From contig NC_087250.1 in assembly GCF_037042905.1 (NCBI RefSeq), forward strand, positions 8,682,001 through 8,746,000: DNA of 64,000 nucleotides. Direction: 5' to 3'. Origin of the DNA: Lytechinus pictus. Its lineage: Eukaryota. The position numbers were made by a program, and so were the translations under genes. Under the pieces are notes generated by a model, which was not told the origin of the DNA, searched no databases, and was given only the letters and a program-made list of their open reading frames with translations. Positions 1 through 12,615 of the stretch are shown here, in pieces. Each line of letters opens with the position of its first letter. Position 1 is the first letter of the stretch.

Positions 1-487
1 AAAATTATCACAAAATTCACCAAAAGTGTGCATGAAAGCCTTCACATTTCACTTTTAAAACTCCAAAAAGTGCCCAAATGACAAGCTTGGTCGCTTCGCT
101 GTGTCGCTTTCAACTTGAGAACGAGTTTACACGCATACTCCCCCCCCCCCGAAAGAAATTCTGTGTACGGCCATGCTCAAAAGAGCCTGTCACATTGATT
201 TATATATACTTTTCATTTTCATTATTTTTATATTTTTTTTCTCATTATCACCATGGCCTCACGCATAATTTTTTCAGGGGGGGGGGGGGAGCATGACGCG
301 CGTAAACTTTCTATAAAAAAAACCTTGAAAGCGAGACAACCACGCGACCAAGCCAAAATGACAAGCTTGGTCGCTTCGCTGTCTCGCTTTCAACTTGAGA
401 GCGTTTACGCGCGTCTGCCCCCATCTCCCGAAAGAAATTCTGTGAACGGCCATGCTGAAAAAGAGCATATGGCACCATTGATTTATA
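1..487. repeat. Left part of a palindromic (foldback-type) host repeat, interrupted by the Academ-like element
   Basis: Positions 1-~380 are the reverse complement of ~14210-14587. Internal subunits repeat (181-260 resembles 462-487 joined to 14086-14130). The element continues beyond the window start. Confidence 0.8.
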
Positions 488-1545
488 TAGTGGAGCGGTT
501 ATGTGACAAAAAATGGCCAAGATGCTCGGATCTGGCAGAAAGTGTGAAATTTGGGATACATGGGTATTTTTGGGCGCTGATTTCAAAAATTGCCGGCCCC
601 AAGCGATTGGACCATCGGGTCGGCCGCCATTTTGAAATCCAAGATGGCCGCCATGAAATATCAATAAATGTCAATTTCTGGAGTTTTACATGGCATGTGA
701 CACTGAAATTTGGCATATAGGGGTATTTTGAGGCACTGATTTCAAATATTGCCGCCCATCAGCATTTTGACCATTTGGTCGGCGGCAAAATGGCCGCCAT
801 CTTGAAATCCAAGATGGCCGCCATGATTTGATTTGATTTGATTTTATTTCAGCATTTTTCCAACAGAAATAATTAACAAACATAATGTACAACATAAAGA
901 AAAAAATAGTGATACATTTCTTTTTACAAAAAAAAAAATACAAATAATCATTCATTTGCTAAAATGTATATAGATAGTATTAGTTTGCAATATTATAAGT
1001 TGTACTTTGTTGAGTAGACAAAAAAAAAATGCTGGAGACCGCTACCATAAGCAGTGCTTGACTAGGGTAGCGGCCTCAAAACGTATTAGCGAAATAGACA
1101 AAAAAGAACGAAGTACAAATCAAGCATTGACTTAAATTAATTATAAACAGATATTATTAATACGATATTTACATGCAAGAACCTTGTATGCCTGATATTA
1201 TGTGCACATTTGACGTATTTGCATGTGTTTGTGCATGTGCAAACGTGTGCGCGTGTGCAAATGTATATTAAAAATTGTATGTGTATGTTAAGTGTGTGTG
1301 TGTGTTGAGAGTGGGTGTGCGTGTATGTGTGTCGGTATATGAGGGTGTGGGGGTAGTATTAATTAGGAATTATTGAATGGTTCCAGGATACAGCTTGAAA
1401 TGATAGAAAAGTTTGATACTATGACTTAACTTTTTTCATTTTCTGATGTAACAGTTTATGAGATCAGATAGAAATTAAAAATTTACCAAGAAAATTGAAA
1501 ATTGACCAAGACCCGTAGAACTCTTTTTATATATATATGCATAAA

Positions 1546-4500
1546 TTATTCAGAATTGTATTTGCGTGTCATAAATTTTTTAAAGGATGATTTGAATGAG
1601 TTAAGAGAGGGACATTGTTTTAAGTATTGTGGTAAGGAATTCCAGGTATCTGGTCCATGATGGCGAACTGATTTTTGAGCAAGAATAAGTTTGGGGTTGT
1701 GTAGATGATAATCAGAAGAGTGGCGAGTTGGATATGCATGTATATTTGAATTTAAATTGAATAGATTTTGGAATAATGATGGAAGATTATTGTAAGTGTA
1801 TCTAAACATAAATATACCTGTTTGTAGAGTGTGAATATCCTGTATTTTAAGTGCATTTAAACGCTGAAATAGAGGTTCTGTGTGGGAAATATAATGCGAA
1901 TGAGTAACGTTACGAATTGCTCGTTTTTGGAGAAGTAGAAGAGAGTTTATTTTCGTTATACTACAGTTACCCCATACAATATTGCAATACATCATATGTG
2001 AAAGTACTAGGGAGTTGTATAGAACCAATAATGATTTTTCAGAAAGAAAGTCTTTTAATTTGTAAATTATTCCTATGTTTCTTGATATAGATGTATGTAC
2101 ATTGTGTATGTGGTCATTCCACGTTAGATTGGAGTCAATTGTTACTCCCAAGAATTTGGTAGAGTGCTTTTCAGTAAGAGGTAAACCGTCAATTGATAAA
2201 TTGGGAGCTGGTAAGTGTGGATTAGCTTCTCGAAAGTGTATAAAATTGGTTTTGCTTATGTTAAGTGAAAGTTTGTTTGTTTTAAACCATTGGGATATTT
2301 TAGAGAGTTCTGAATTAAGAATATGAGTTAGAGTATCTAAATTAGCATGGGAATAGAAAATACTGGTATCGTCGGCAAAAATTATGAAATTTAGAATTGG
2401 GGATGAATTTATGATATCATTAATATAGATAATAAAAAGTAGGGGTCCCAGAATTGATCCCTGTGGTACGCCGCACTTGATATTTTGTTTTTGTGAGTTT
2501 TGAGATTGGAAATGTACGTATTGTTGTCGATTATGTAAATAGTCTTCAAACCAGGATAGTGCTTGTCCCCTTATTCCATATGACTTTAATTTATGAATTA
2601 ATATTTTGTGGTCGATTGTATCGAAAGCTTTCGAAAGATCCATGTAAATTCCAATCGCATGTTCCTTTCTGGTGAAAGCTTCAATAATTTTGTCGTACAT
2701 ATATAATAAGGCATAATCTGTTGAGTGTCCTTCTCTAAAACCGAACTGATTAGGAATAAGAATATCATTGTTTTTCAGAAAAGTAAAGAGTCGTTTATAA
2801 ATAATTTTTTCAATAATTTTAGATATTGATGGTAGTAAAGATATGGGCCTGTAATTGCTGATTAAGGAGGAATCTTCTTTTTTATAAATTGGTATTACTT
2901 TTGCGAGTTTCAGGGAATCCGGGCATTTGCCTGTTGAAAGAGATAGATTAAATATATTGGATAGTGGATGAGCAATGTAATGAATAATTTGTTTAAGCAA
3001 ATAAACACTAATTCCGTCATGCCCACAAGACTTGCTAGATTTCAGTTGTTGAACAATATTAATTATTTCAAGTTCATTAGTTGGTCTTAAAAAGAGTGAG
3101 TTTTCACATGCTGGAGATAGGAATTTAGTGAAATGTGAATCATTTACATGAATGTTTGAGGCCAGATTGGGACCTACATTAGTGAAATAATCATTGAATG
3201 CATTTGAAATTGTTTCTGGGTTAGTAATTTCTTGACCATCAACATTAAAACTATTTGCAATATCATGTTTTTTCTTACCTAAGAGATCGTTGACAGTTTT
3301 CCATAAAAAAGTAACATTATTTGCGTTTTCCTCTATATTTTTTGAATAGTACAGTTTTCGAGATAGACGAATAATGGATGTCAATTTATTTCTATATTTT
3401 TTGTATTTGTCAAATTTTACCTTACATTGAGTTTTTAGAGCTTGCTTATAGAGTTTATTCCGTGTTGATATTGATCGTTTAATGCCCTTTGTGATCCATG
3501 GTTGTTTATTCTTTTTAAGGACCTTATCTTTTACAAGAGGTATGTTTTTGTTGTAATAATGTAAGAGTTTTTGAATAAATATTTCATAAGCAACATCGGC
3601 GTTAGTTTCGTTCAATACTTCATTCCAATCTTCTTCAGCTAAATCAGTTTTTAGTGCATCGATGTTGCGTTGGGTTTCTTTTCTGTGCATTTCTTTTTTG
3701 TTTTTATTTGTATGTTGTTGAATTTTAGCTTGATTAGAAATAACAAATATAGGTAAATGGTCCGAAATGTCAGAATAAATTATGCCATTTATGAAGTTTT
3801 TGTTAGTTACATTTGAAATGATATTGTCAATGAGGGTTTTAGACGTACTTGATATTCGTGTCGGATTACTAATATGCGGGTGGAAAGAGTATGAAAGCAA
3901 TGAGCTAATAAATTTTAGAGTGTAATTATTGTCAGTATTAATAAGATTAATGTTATAATCTCCCATTATGTAAATGTCTTTATTTTCCCGAGAAATAAAA
4001 CTAAGACATTGATCGAGCTTATCTAAAAACAAATCAATGTCACCATTTGGGGGTCTGTACACATTACCTACGATTATGTTTTTATTTTTACTGTTTAAAA
4101 TTTCAATGAAAATATCCTCCGTGCCTTGGATATGTATATCTGCCCTTACTTTAAAATGTATATCATTGCGCGTGTACAAGGCAACGCCACCCCCTTTACC
4201 ATGCTCACGGTCAGAACGAATCATTTGATAATTATCAATGTTAAATAGAGGTGGTGAGTTTTTGTGCAGCCAAGTTTCTGATATACCGATAATAGAGAAG
4301 GGGTAATTGTTAATATTGGAAAGGAGTAATTCAATCGAATCAAATGATTTATTTAAACTTCTAGCGTTGATGTGCAAAAAACCTAAAGAATGACTAGACA
4401 AAATATGATTTTGGTCACTAGCAATGCTGTTAAAAGATGTGTTGGTTTCGGTTGTAGTAACATAATCATTCGGTGAAAAGTTGAATTTATTATTAAAATC

Positions 4501-4572
4501 TTCTATTGTGAAATATTTACTTTCTGAGTCTATCATGTCTTGGTCATGCATGCTTTCGTCACGAGGTATCAT
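1546..4572 (-). CDS. LINE ORF2: apurinic endonuclease + reverse transcriptase (1008 aa, intact)
   Basis: APE motifs INARSL, GISETWL, VYRPP, GDYN and SDHLP. RT motifs YRPISLL, QFGFR, DLSKAFD, GVPQGSILGP, FADDT and KFLGV. Confidence 0.95.
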   Translation of the reverse strand: MIPRDESMHDQDMIDSESKYFTIEDFNNKFNFSPNDYVTTTETNTSFNSIASDQNHILSSHSLGFLHINARSLNKSFDSIELLLSNINNYPFSIIGISETWLHKNSPPLFNIDNYQMIRSDREHGKGGGVALYTRNDIHFKVRADIHIQGTEDIFIEILNSKNKNIIVGNVYRPPNGDIDLFLDKLDQCLSFISRENKDIYIMGDYNINLINTDNNYTLKFISSLLSYSFHPHISNPTRISSTSKTLIDNIISNVTNKNFINGIIYSDISDHLPIFVISNQAKIQQHTNKNKKEMHRKETQRNIDALKTDLAEEDWNEVLNETNADVAYEIFIQKLLHYYNKNIPLVKDKVLKKNKQPWITKGIKRSISTRNKLYKQALKTQCKVKFDKYKKYRNKLTSIIRLSRKLYYSKNIEENANNVTFLWKTVNDLLGKKKHDIANSFNVDGQEITNPETISNAFNDYFTNVGPNLASNIHVNDSHFTKFLSPACENSLFLRPTNELEIINIVQQLKSSKSCGHDGISVYLLKQIIHYIAHPLSNIFNLSLSTGKCPDSLKLAKVIPIYKKEDSSLISNYRPISLLPSISKIIEKIIYKRLFTFLKNNDILIPNQFGFREGHSTDYALLYMYDKIIEAFTRKEHAIGIYMDLSKAFDTIDHKILIHKLKSYGIRGQALSWFEDYLHNRQQYVHFQSQNSQKQNIKCGVPQGSILGPLLFIIYINDIINSSPILNFIIFADDTSIFYSHANLDTLTHILNSELSKISQWFKTNKLSLNISKTNFIHFREANPHLPAPNLSIDGLPLTEKHSTKFLGVTIDSNLTWNDHIHNVHTSISRNIGIIYKLKDFLSEKSLLVLYNSLVLSHMMYCNIVWGNCSITKINSLLLLQKRAIRNVTHSHYISHTEPLFQRLNALKIQDIHTLQTGIFMFRYTYNNLPSLFQNLFNLNSNIHAYPTRHSSDYHLHNPKLILAQKSVRHHGPDTWNSLPQYLKQCPSLNSFKSSFKKFMTRKYNSE

Positions 4573-4950
4573 TTAGACTTTTTGAATGAAACCGTATTGT
4601 GGATGAAGAACTGTGTTGTGAACTGAGGGTAGGTGTGTGTGAGTGTGTGTGTTTGTGCGCGCGCGCGCGCGCACGCGTGTATGTGTATATGTTGTGGTTG
4701 GTAGATTGTGACGGGTTGTGCGAGTGCGGGAGTGAATGTGTGTGCGCACGGGTAATAACAGGGGAACATACTTGCATGGAGTGATATGATGCATGACATG
4801 AAAAACAAGCGGCTTGGGCACGATAGAATACCATGTCCAACTGAGATGCTCCTTAAGTGGATTTTTGTAACTTGCAATAGGAAAAAAAACAAAAAACTCT
4901 ACTTGGCTTAGAAATACAAATTGTTAAGGACGGTTGTAAGCACCGAGTGA

Positions 4951-5064
4951 CAGTGGCGGACCGCGACCCGGAGGAGACAAAGCACCGGAGGGGCACAGCA
5001 TTGTTCACAAACAATACAGTGCCCCTCCAATGCCCCGCCTCCTCCGGGTCAGAGTCCGCCACTG
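4951..5064. mobile_element. 114-bp hAT-like palindromic MITE inside the LINE inter-ORF spacer
   Basis: TIR CAGTGGCGGAC/GTCCGCCACTG with an 8-bp direct repeat CCGAGTGA on both sides (4943-4950, 5065-5072). The whole element folds into one hairpin. Confidence 0.75.
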
Positions 5065-6578
5065 CCGAGTGAATTAATTCAAATAAGTATGATAAAATTT
5101 ATGTTTACGACAGTCTATCCTCTCCGCCAATGTGTATCGTGTTTTGTTGGAATATGGAAAAAAAAAAGTAAAAAAAAAAAAAAAAAAAGTTACCAGGCAT
5201 TTTTATTTTTGTATAGGTTTGGTTTCAGAATCTATACATATTAAGCATATACCATGGTCAAAGAGGATTTGGTGGAGAAGTTAGAATTGATAAAACTCTG
5301 AAATTGTTTCCTTTGGCTAGTATTCGTTTAGAGACTCATGTAACAATACGAGAACACGCTCGAAACGCTTAAGAACATGAAACATTTGATGTGGTTATGC
5401 CTCTTAAAACGAAAAATGATCGTTACTGTAAATACAAAGAACAGTCTTGGTAGGGTTTGTATTATAATACATCTCCACATGGATGGAATACCGGAGCCTG
5501 CATAAAGCACTGAACGCTAAATTACTAAATTAAGTGTCTCCACTCTGATAAGCAGAAAGAATGGAAAGCGTTTCACACCTCATGGCAATCTTGCTGATTT
5601 GTGAAAGGGTATACAGAGCATGTCTTTATCAAATGGCTAGTACTGATCTGGCTAAGTTTGTTTAACAAGGTATTATCCCTATTTTGAATAAAGTAAATAT
5701 CCCAATTGTTGATTACTTTTATACTTGTAGTTATGCGACACTAGTTAACAAATGCAAGTAATTGTGAGATTAATAGGGTTTCTTATAGCCATCGTTCTGT
5801 ATTTAGTATTAGCATGTCACATATCTTCTTTTTTTTTTTGGGGGGGGGGTGCTCCATAAATAGAAGTATCAGCTTCTTCTCTCCTGTAAGCGGATAGACA
5901 CTTAAAAAAGTACATTATGTTATGAAATATGGCTTTATGATATAACATATATAGAATTTGGTTATAGGTTTGTTTTATACCGGTGTATAACCGGTATCAG
6001 GTATAAAGGAAAATCATTTCAGGTAAGTGTACATGATGCATAAATCCATTCACAAATCCGTGATTCATAAATTCATTTTTGCACATGTAGATGAATGTGT
6101 TACTGAAAAAAAAAAAAAAAACGTATTTTGTAGCTCAATGAATTTAAATAAAACAATCCATACATCACTTGTAATGATATTTAAGATATTTATGTGAATT
6201 TATGGCAGTGATTAATCTTCTTTTTTTTTTTGCCAGTTAATATTACGAACCAAAGATTACCAATGTTCTTCCAGTACATAAGAATCTGACAATGACATGT
6301 TTAAAAGGACATGTTGAATGAAGTTAGGGATTGAATTGTGTGCAATCGGTTGCTGTTTAACATGGGGCCAGACAAGCGATTGTTTACAACTCGGTTTCTC
6401 TGCTAATATCGATTAAATGAGATTATAAAACACGTGGAGTATAAGGCGATAGGCCTACTGAGTAGAAACTGAGAAGACATTAGTAATCTTTTGTTTACAT
6501 TTCCTGTACAGTTGGGTAAGCAAATGATTGAATAAGCATCACAGGATTTCCGTTTCTCTTATTGAACGAATATAAGGC

Positions 6579-6798
6579 AAAACAGAATTGCCTATCAGAC
6601 AATGGAAATCAGCATTGAAACGCTATAAAGCATAGTATTGTTGTACAACAATTTGGAGTGGAATTCACGTTCATTTAGTTGGTTGCCTGATTTAATTGGT
6701 CCAGTATAGAAAACAGAATTGCATATCACAACAATGTAAAACATCGAAACGCTATAAAGCACAGTATTGTTGTACAATAATTTGGAGCGGAATTCACG
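6579..6798. repeat. Diverged tandem duplication (~90-bp core, ~131-bp period) in the LINE spacer
   Basis: AAAACAGAATTGC...GAAACGCTATAAAGCA...GGAATTCACG occurs at 6579-6669 and 6710-6798. Confidence 0.8.
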
Positions 6799-8331
6799 GT
6801 GGTTGCATTATTAATGTTAGATTGAAGTTACGGACTAGTACATCTGTCCGTATATCTAATCGTTAGTCATGCTGGGAAGAAGGGAGAAAATGCCATGTTT
6901 TAGCGTATACTTTCCAGTGCATAATCACATACAATACCGGGCGTTTCAATCACATTTGAATGCAATATATAGTTTGTCATGATCCAACCACAATGAGAAA
7001 ACAAATGGTATAGCATACACAATCTGGAGTAGATATGAAGTAAATACAAAGTGTTCATGAATAAGTACAGCGGTGGGTATTCAATCATTTTCAAGTTCAA
7101 TGCGCAAAATGTTTATTTTTTGGACTCATTTCCATTCAAACTGAGATTGATGACGCGTATCATTGGCAGGTTGGAATTCACTGATTTCTCATTGTGGCTT
7201 TTTCATAGATTGTTGGTATAGGCTTTACGTGCATGAGCGTCCACAAATGAAATTCCACAATATTAGCAATTCATTAGTGATTCAAATACTCTACTGGATA
7301 GTATACTAGATAGTATTAAATAGGAACAATACAAGCATTAGGACACGACTTATTTAAAGGTATGCTGCAGTTCAAAATAAGCAAGGTAGCCCTACCATGA
7401 CACAATCTGATATAGACCTTAATACTCTGATATTTCCTCATTAAGTTGAACTTTTAGCAGAGCCCTTGCCTAATTATTCATAAATTAAGAAAAGTTCATG
7501 ATTTTATTTTAACCAGAATATGAATGTGAATAGGTTGCATAAAGAATTTTTTATAATGGTGCCTACATGTAATTTCCAGCAAAATAGAGAAACCAAATTC
7601 AGATTGTGCCTGGGACGACAAGTAGTACAGCAAGAGTAGGAAATTTTATTTAAAAAATAAATAAATAAATAAATTTTAAATTTGTTTAGGAATCATATGA
7701 TATTTAGCAATGAAATTCCATTGTGACCAGTTAACCATGTAGTCAGTGATCTGTCGATCACATTACACAAGTAGAATTGAAGTTGTTTAAATAAAGAATA
7801 AATAAATATAGAATTATAATTTGTGAACATTTCAGCTCAAGTGTACATTAATTTACTACATGAAAGAGAAAAATCTCATAGTTTTTTTTTTTTATAAATT
7901 ATATTGCCTGTAAAGTGAAAAGTATTATTTCTTGTATTCAAGCAGATTGTGTTTGCATATATACATGAATTTTGCTGTATGAAAAAAATATAAAATAAAA
8001 GAAAATTACCTTAGTATGTTTTGCAATTAAATAAGCTGAATACAAAGAAATATTCCTTTCTGGTGTTCAAACTGATTTTGTTATGGTACTATTATGAAAA
8101 AGCTTGTTTCATAAATAGAGGGAGGATATGTCATTTTTCTTATTAGTTTACCAATTATTATAAATATATTTAATTCTAATCATTTTCTTTTTATTTTATT
8201 GGGGGGTGGGGGGTAAACATAAAGGGCCAATATGTACCGAATGGTACACATCCAAATTAATAAGTTAATACAATATGACTATGTTGTATAAACAAAATCA
8301 AATACATTACATGGGTGCTCTTGGATGAAGA

Positions 8332-9366
8332 TTACTCGGACCAATTAGCCCAACGATCTGGCGTGCCTCCATTCTTTACAGGTTTGCGTGTTTGTAGCAA
8401 AATATTGGTTCCAGTGACTTTGATCCGGGTTGCCAGGTTATTGTTCTTACGAATGTTGTATGCAATTGCTGCCAATCTTCCTCTTTCTCTTTTCATGCTG
8501 GGAGGCAAATCCGTACGGATGGAAACCCGACTGAAAGGCGAAGGAGGGTCCGATGCACTGCTGCCAGGGGGGTTCGGCTGCCGGCGCGGTCGTCGTTCGT
8601 AGGCCTGAAGAAGCCGGTCTCTGTCCATCATGCGGCCGAATCTGATGATAATCGCGGGGGGTTGGCGGTTAGAATTACGATCTCCTCGGGGGGTTGAGGG
8701 CAGACGGTGGGCATTTACAAGAGGTATCTGCATAGCTTCCTGCTTTGAAATGTTCATGAAGAAGCAAATTGTTTGATGAACTGTGTCATATATGTTTTCG
8801 TCGGTTTGGGGGGCCATTCCATACACCAACAAATTAAGTTTCCGATCATGAATTTCACCAAGGGTTAGTTTCTCATTAAGCTCATCAATCTTCATGTCTA
8901 TGTAATTACGTAGCTGGGGCAGGTCATCTTTTTCAATGGCGAGTAGACGACCTGATGTACTTGTTAGGCTAGTTTCTATGTCAGAAATGACCTTTTTTGT
9001 TGCTTCCATTTCAGTTTTCAAATTCGTTAACTCATTAACAACCGTATCAAGTTTGGTATTTACCTGAGAGGTGAAGCTGGTAAACATATCTCTAATATCG
9101 CTCATGAATGCCGTTAATTCCGTAGGTACCGTGTTGGGGGTCGGCGGTCCATTCACATCGTGTACCGTACTGGTGCTGGACTTGCGGGAGGTATCGGCGA
9201 AATTGGCGCCAACCGTGGCACCCTGAGGAAACATGGCGTCATGCGTATCGTGGCTTGCGGTTCCAAAGTTTTTCTGACCAGTTTCCCTCCTTTTAGATCC
9301 AGTATTGTTGGCTTTTTTACCTGGAACTTGCCCCCGTAGATTGTACTCTTTCTGTCTAACGTCCAT
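8332..9366 (-). CDS. LINE ORF1: coiled-coil + RRM-type (L1-ORF1-like) protein, 344 aa
   Basis: Heptad-rich segment followed by NLLVYGM...AHRLP...PPAIIIRF...SIRTDLPP...RERGRL, typical of L1/CR1-group ORF1p. It lies inside the TSD-bounded LINE on the same strand as ORF2. Confidence 0.8.
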   Translation of the reverse strand: MDVRQKEYNLRGQVPGKKANNTGSKRRETGQKNFGTASHDTHDAMFPQGATVGANFADTSRKSSTSTVHDVNGPPTPNTVPTELTAFMSDIRDMFTSFTSQVNTKLDTVVNELTNLKTEMEATKKVISDIETSLTSTSGRLLAIEKDDLPQLRNYIDMKIDELNEKLTLGEIHDRKLNLLVYGMAPQTDENIYDTVHQTICFFMNISKQEAMQIPLVNAHRLPSTPRGDRNSNRQPPAIIIRFGRMMDRDRLLQAYERRPRRQPNPPGSSASDPPSPFSRVSIRTDLPPSMKRERGRLAAIAYNIRKNNNLATRIKVTGTNILLQTRKPVKNGGTPDRWANWSE

Positions 9367-10247
9367 TTTGGCAATATTTGATCCAAGTAGGCATGTAATT
9401 TTCCACCAAAATATAGTATGTTTTCAGGAGCTCACTAAAGAGTGCTACCGCTCTGTCGACATTCCCGAGGTGAATGATATATTATTGCAATCATTTTCTC
9501 GAGTTTTATATGAACTGCGGTATTGAAATTTGGCATATGGGCTTGATTTGGGGTGCTGATTTCAAATATTGCCGGCCCCAAGTGATTTTACCATCGGGTC
9601 AGCCGCCATTTTGAAATCCAAGATGGCCGCCATTTTGAAATCATTAATGTCATTTTCTTGAGTTTTACATGACGTGTGACACTGAAATTTGGTATGTTGG
9701 GGTATATTTAGGCACTAATTTCAAATATTGCCGGCCCCCAGCAATTTGACCACTTGGTCAGCGGCTAAATGGCCGCCATTTTGAAATCCAAGATGGCCGC
9801 CATGAAAAATTATTAAATGTCATTTTCTTGAGTTTTACACGATATGTGACACTGAAATTTGGCATAAAGGCTTAATTCGGGATGCTGATTTCAAATATAG
9901 CCGGCCTCAAGCGATTTGACCATCGGGTCAGCCGCCATTTGAAATTAAAATGGCCGCCATGAAAAATCATTGAACTCATTTTCTTGAATAATATGTGCCC
10001 CTGAAATTTGTAGCATATCGGTATCTTGGTGAGTTCATTAAAAAAATTGCTGGCTCCAAGCAATCTGACAATTGGTCGGCGGAAAAATGGCCCACATCTT
10101 GAATTCGAAGCTGGCTGCCTTAGAAATATTGCAATTATTTCGTTGAGTTTTATATGATCTGCGGTATTGCACTTTGACAAATAGAAGTAGTGTGGGGAGC
10201 TTATTTTAGATATTGCTGGCCCTCAGCGATCTGATCCCCCGAGTCAG

Positions 10248-10696
10248 GGTTATACGGGCCAAAGATATTCATTCGAGCCAACCCATTTAATTCTCAGTTT
10301 TTATTTTTTGATATTGCCGATTGACAAAAATGAATGAATATGATTGATAATCTAACACTGATTCTAGGGAGGGTAACTTTACTGAACTTCCTTTTTTTTA
10401 ATTGGGAAGATATATCACCACTTTGGAACTATCTTTATACTGGCGGGAGAAGTATTGCCATTTTACTGTATCAAGTGATGAATTTGATCCTGTCAGGTGT
10501 AGTCTTCATAAATGCCAATTTATTTTTAAAATGAGCTGGTCGAGGTACCCTTTTCTGGTCAGATATGGAATGCCAGACATATATCCTATCCACTGGACAG
10601 GTAGTAAACATTCAATTCTCGAATTTCATCCTTATTTTTTTTAGAGCGCCTCTTTAACACACGAGTCTATGGGAAATGTTTTAGGCCCGTGATACC
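10248..10696. mobile_element. MITE inserted in the left Academ arm (Harbinger-like)
   Basis: Absent from the mirror arm (~12590-12615). Imperfect TIR GGTTATACGGGCC/GGCCCGTGATACC, with (T)CAG duplicated at the flanks. Confidence 0.55.
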
Positions 10697-11469
10697 TCAG
10701 CTGCAAAATGGCAGCCATCTTGAAATCCAAGATGGCTGCCATAAAAAAAATCATTAAAAAAAATCAAGTATCATAATTATAACGTAGGTATTATTTTGAA
10801 ATTTGGCATCTTGGGGTATTGAAATTTCCCCCCGGTAATCTGTCCAATAGATATGCTGCAAAATGGCCACCATCTTGAAATCTAGAGAGGATCGACTGTC
10901 ATGAAAATTCATTAAAATAATTTTCTTGAGTTTTAAATAATTTGAGGCACTGCATTTTAGACATACGGGCAGGTTTTGGCCTGCTGGTTTTAGAATATTG
11001 CTGCCCCAGTGATTGATCCACCGGGTCAGCTGAAAATGACCGCCACTTTGAAATCTAAGGTGGGTAATACGAAATATCTTTCAAAAATGTTTTCCTGAAT
11101 TCTACATTACCTGTGACACTGTAGATTGGTATGAAGCAAAAACTTGTATTGTATGTTAATTTCAAATATGGATAGATAATGAACATATAACACATAACAC
11201 ACTTTATCTGCCATTATAAATTCCCATATGACCCATCATGACACAAAGGACATGATTACCTAGCTTAGTTCTAAATATTGATTATTGTGGGGGAAAATAA
11301 GTACAATATGATAGCACGAATCAAAATTCATGTATGGTTTAACTGATGGTAATCCATTTATTATTGATATCAATCATTTATATGCTAGGCGGTTGAAAGT
11401 GAATCTTACAGATCTCCAGGAATTACTTTTGAACGATTCAATTGAAAACCATCGCGTGTTTGACAATCT

Positions 11470-12167
11470 GACAATGGGAGCATGTTCGCCTCACAATCGG
11501 GAGATCAAGCTCCGAAATCATCAGACCAAACGATGTTAAAAGAGGGGAGTTGCTTCTACCCTGTTTGGCGGTCAACGAATTAAAGGGGAAGGTCACCCTG
11601 GCAAAAAGTTTATTGAAACAATAACATAATAAATAATGAAAAAAATATTGAAGGTTTGAGGAAATTAATTCCATCAAATATTTAAAAAGCTATTGGAATT
11701 TTATTTAGTGTATTTGTGACGTGAGATGCAAGCAGTTCCCCCATGTTTCTTATAGTACAAAAATCAATGAAATGTAGCCTCCTAAAAAAATGAAAGTGTT
11801 TTTCATTGAACCCTCAGTATATCACCAAACAAATGATTTCACACCCGCTCCAGAAAGAAAAAAATTACCCATGATGAACCATTTATGCATTTTATATCAC
11901 ACAACATAATGGGGCAGCTGCTCGTACAGTATATGACGTTACAAATCAAAAACTTAAAATTCTGATATCTTAAATGGATTTTTTATATCATATTTTCTTG
12001 TGTTTTTACAACAAACTTTTATCCGGGGTGAACTTCCCTTTTTAAGGAATAGAGCAATGTCCGATGTGGCACTGCTAAGTTGCTGCCGGGCTCACGATCT
12101 ACAAGGTATGGGCAAAATAAATTTTCGGAGCATTTCTGTTACTGAATTCTATTTTGAACAATAAAAT
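11470..12167 (+). mobile_element. Degraded tRNA-derived SINE interrupted by a Kolobok-like MITE (11584-12041)
   Basis: The flanks align to the SINE at 37202-37465 (CAGACCAAA...CTACCCTGTTTGGCG...GAACAATAAAAT). The insert has TIR AGGGGAAGGTCACCC/GGGTGAACTTCCCTT and a TTAA TSD. Confidence 0.7.
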
Positions 12168-12615
12168 ATGTATTATTATCATCCATCATTAACATTAATT
12201 TCATCATCATCATCATACCACTATATAACCATCAGTACTTCAAGTCTGGAGCAGTTTTCTTCATGTCGATTTGTAATAAAATATCACAATTATTGGAGCA
12301 ATATTCTGAAACCAGCAGGCCAAAAACCTGCCTGTATGTCTAAAATGCAGTGCCTCAAATTATTTAAAACCAAGAAAATGATTTTAATGAATTTTCATGA
12401 CAGTCGATCCTCTCTAGATTTCAAGATGGTGGCCATTTTGCAGTATATCTATTGGACAGATTACTGGGGGCAATTTCAATATCCCTAGATTCCAAATTTT
12501 AAAATAATACATTACGTGATACTAGATAAAGTGATTTTTTTCAATGATCTTTTTTAATGGCAGCCATCTTAGATTTCAAGATGGCTGACATTTTGCTTCT
12601 GACTCAGGGGATCAG

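Larger units (their letters stand above)
828..9473 (-). mobile_element. Full-length non-LTR retrotransposon (CR1/L2 group, Crack-like)
   Basis: Flanked by ATGAT (823-827, 9474-9478). The opposite TIR arm (~13741-13770) shows the uninterrupted target. It has a (TCAAA)n-type 3' tail at 828-843, ORF1, ORF2 and a 3' UTR stem-loop near 1035-1077. Confidence 0.85.

Noticed and set aside
78..955. Short ORFs in the first kb (and 13864-14626)
   Set aside because: They lie wholly in TIR and palindrome subrepeats and recur in mirror copies, with no domain motifs.
9490..10100. Regularly spaced ~120-bp repeats as a CRISPR-like array
   Set aside because: The intervening sequences are homologous rather than unique, the array is mirrored at 13260-14040 as TIR subrepeats, there are no cas genes, and the context is eukaryotic.
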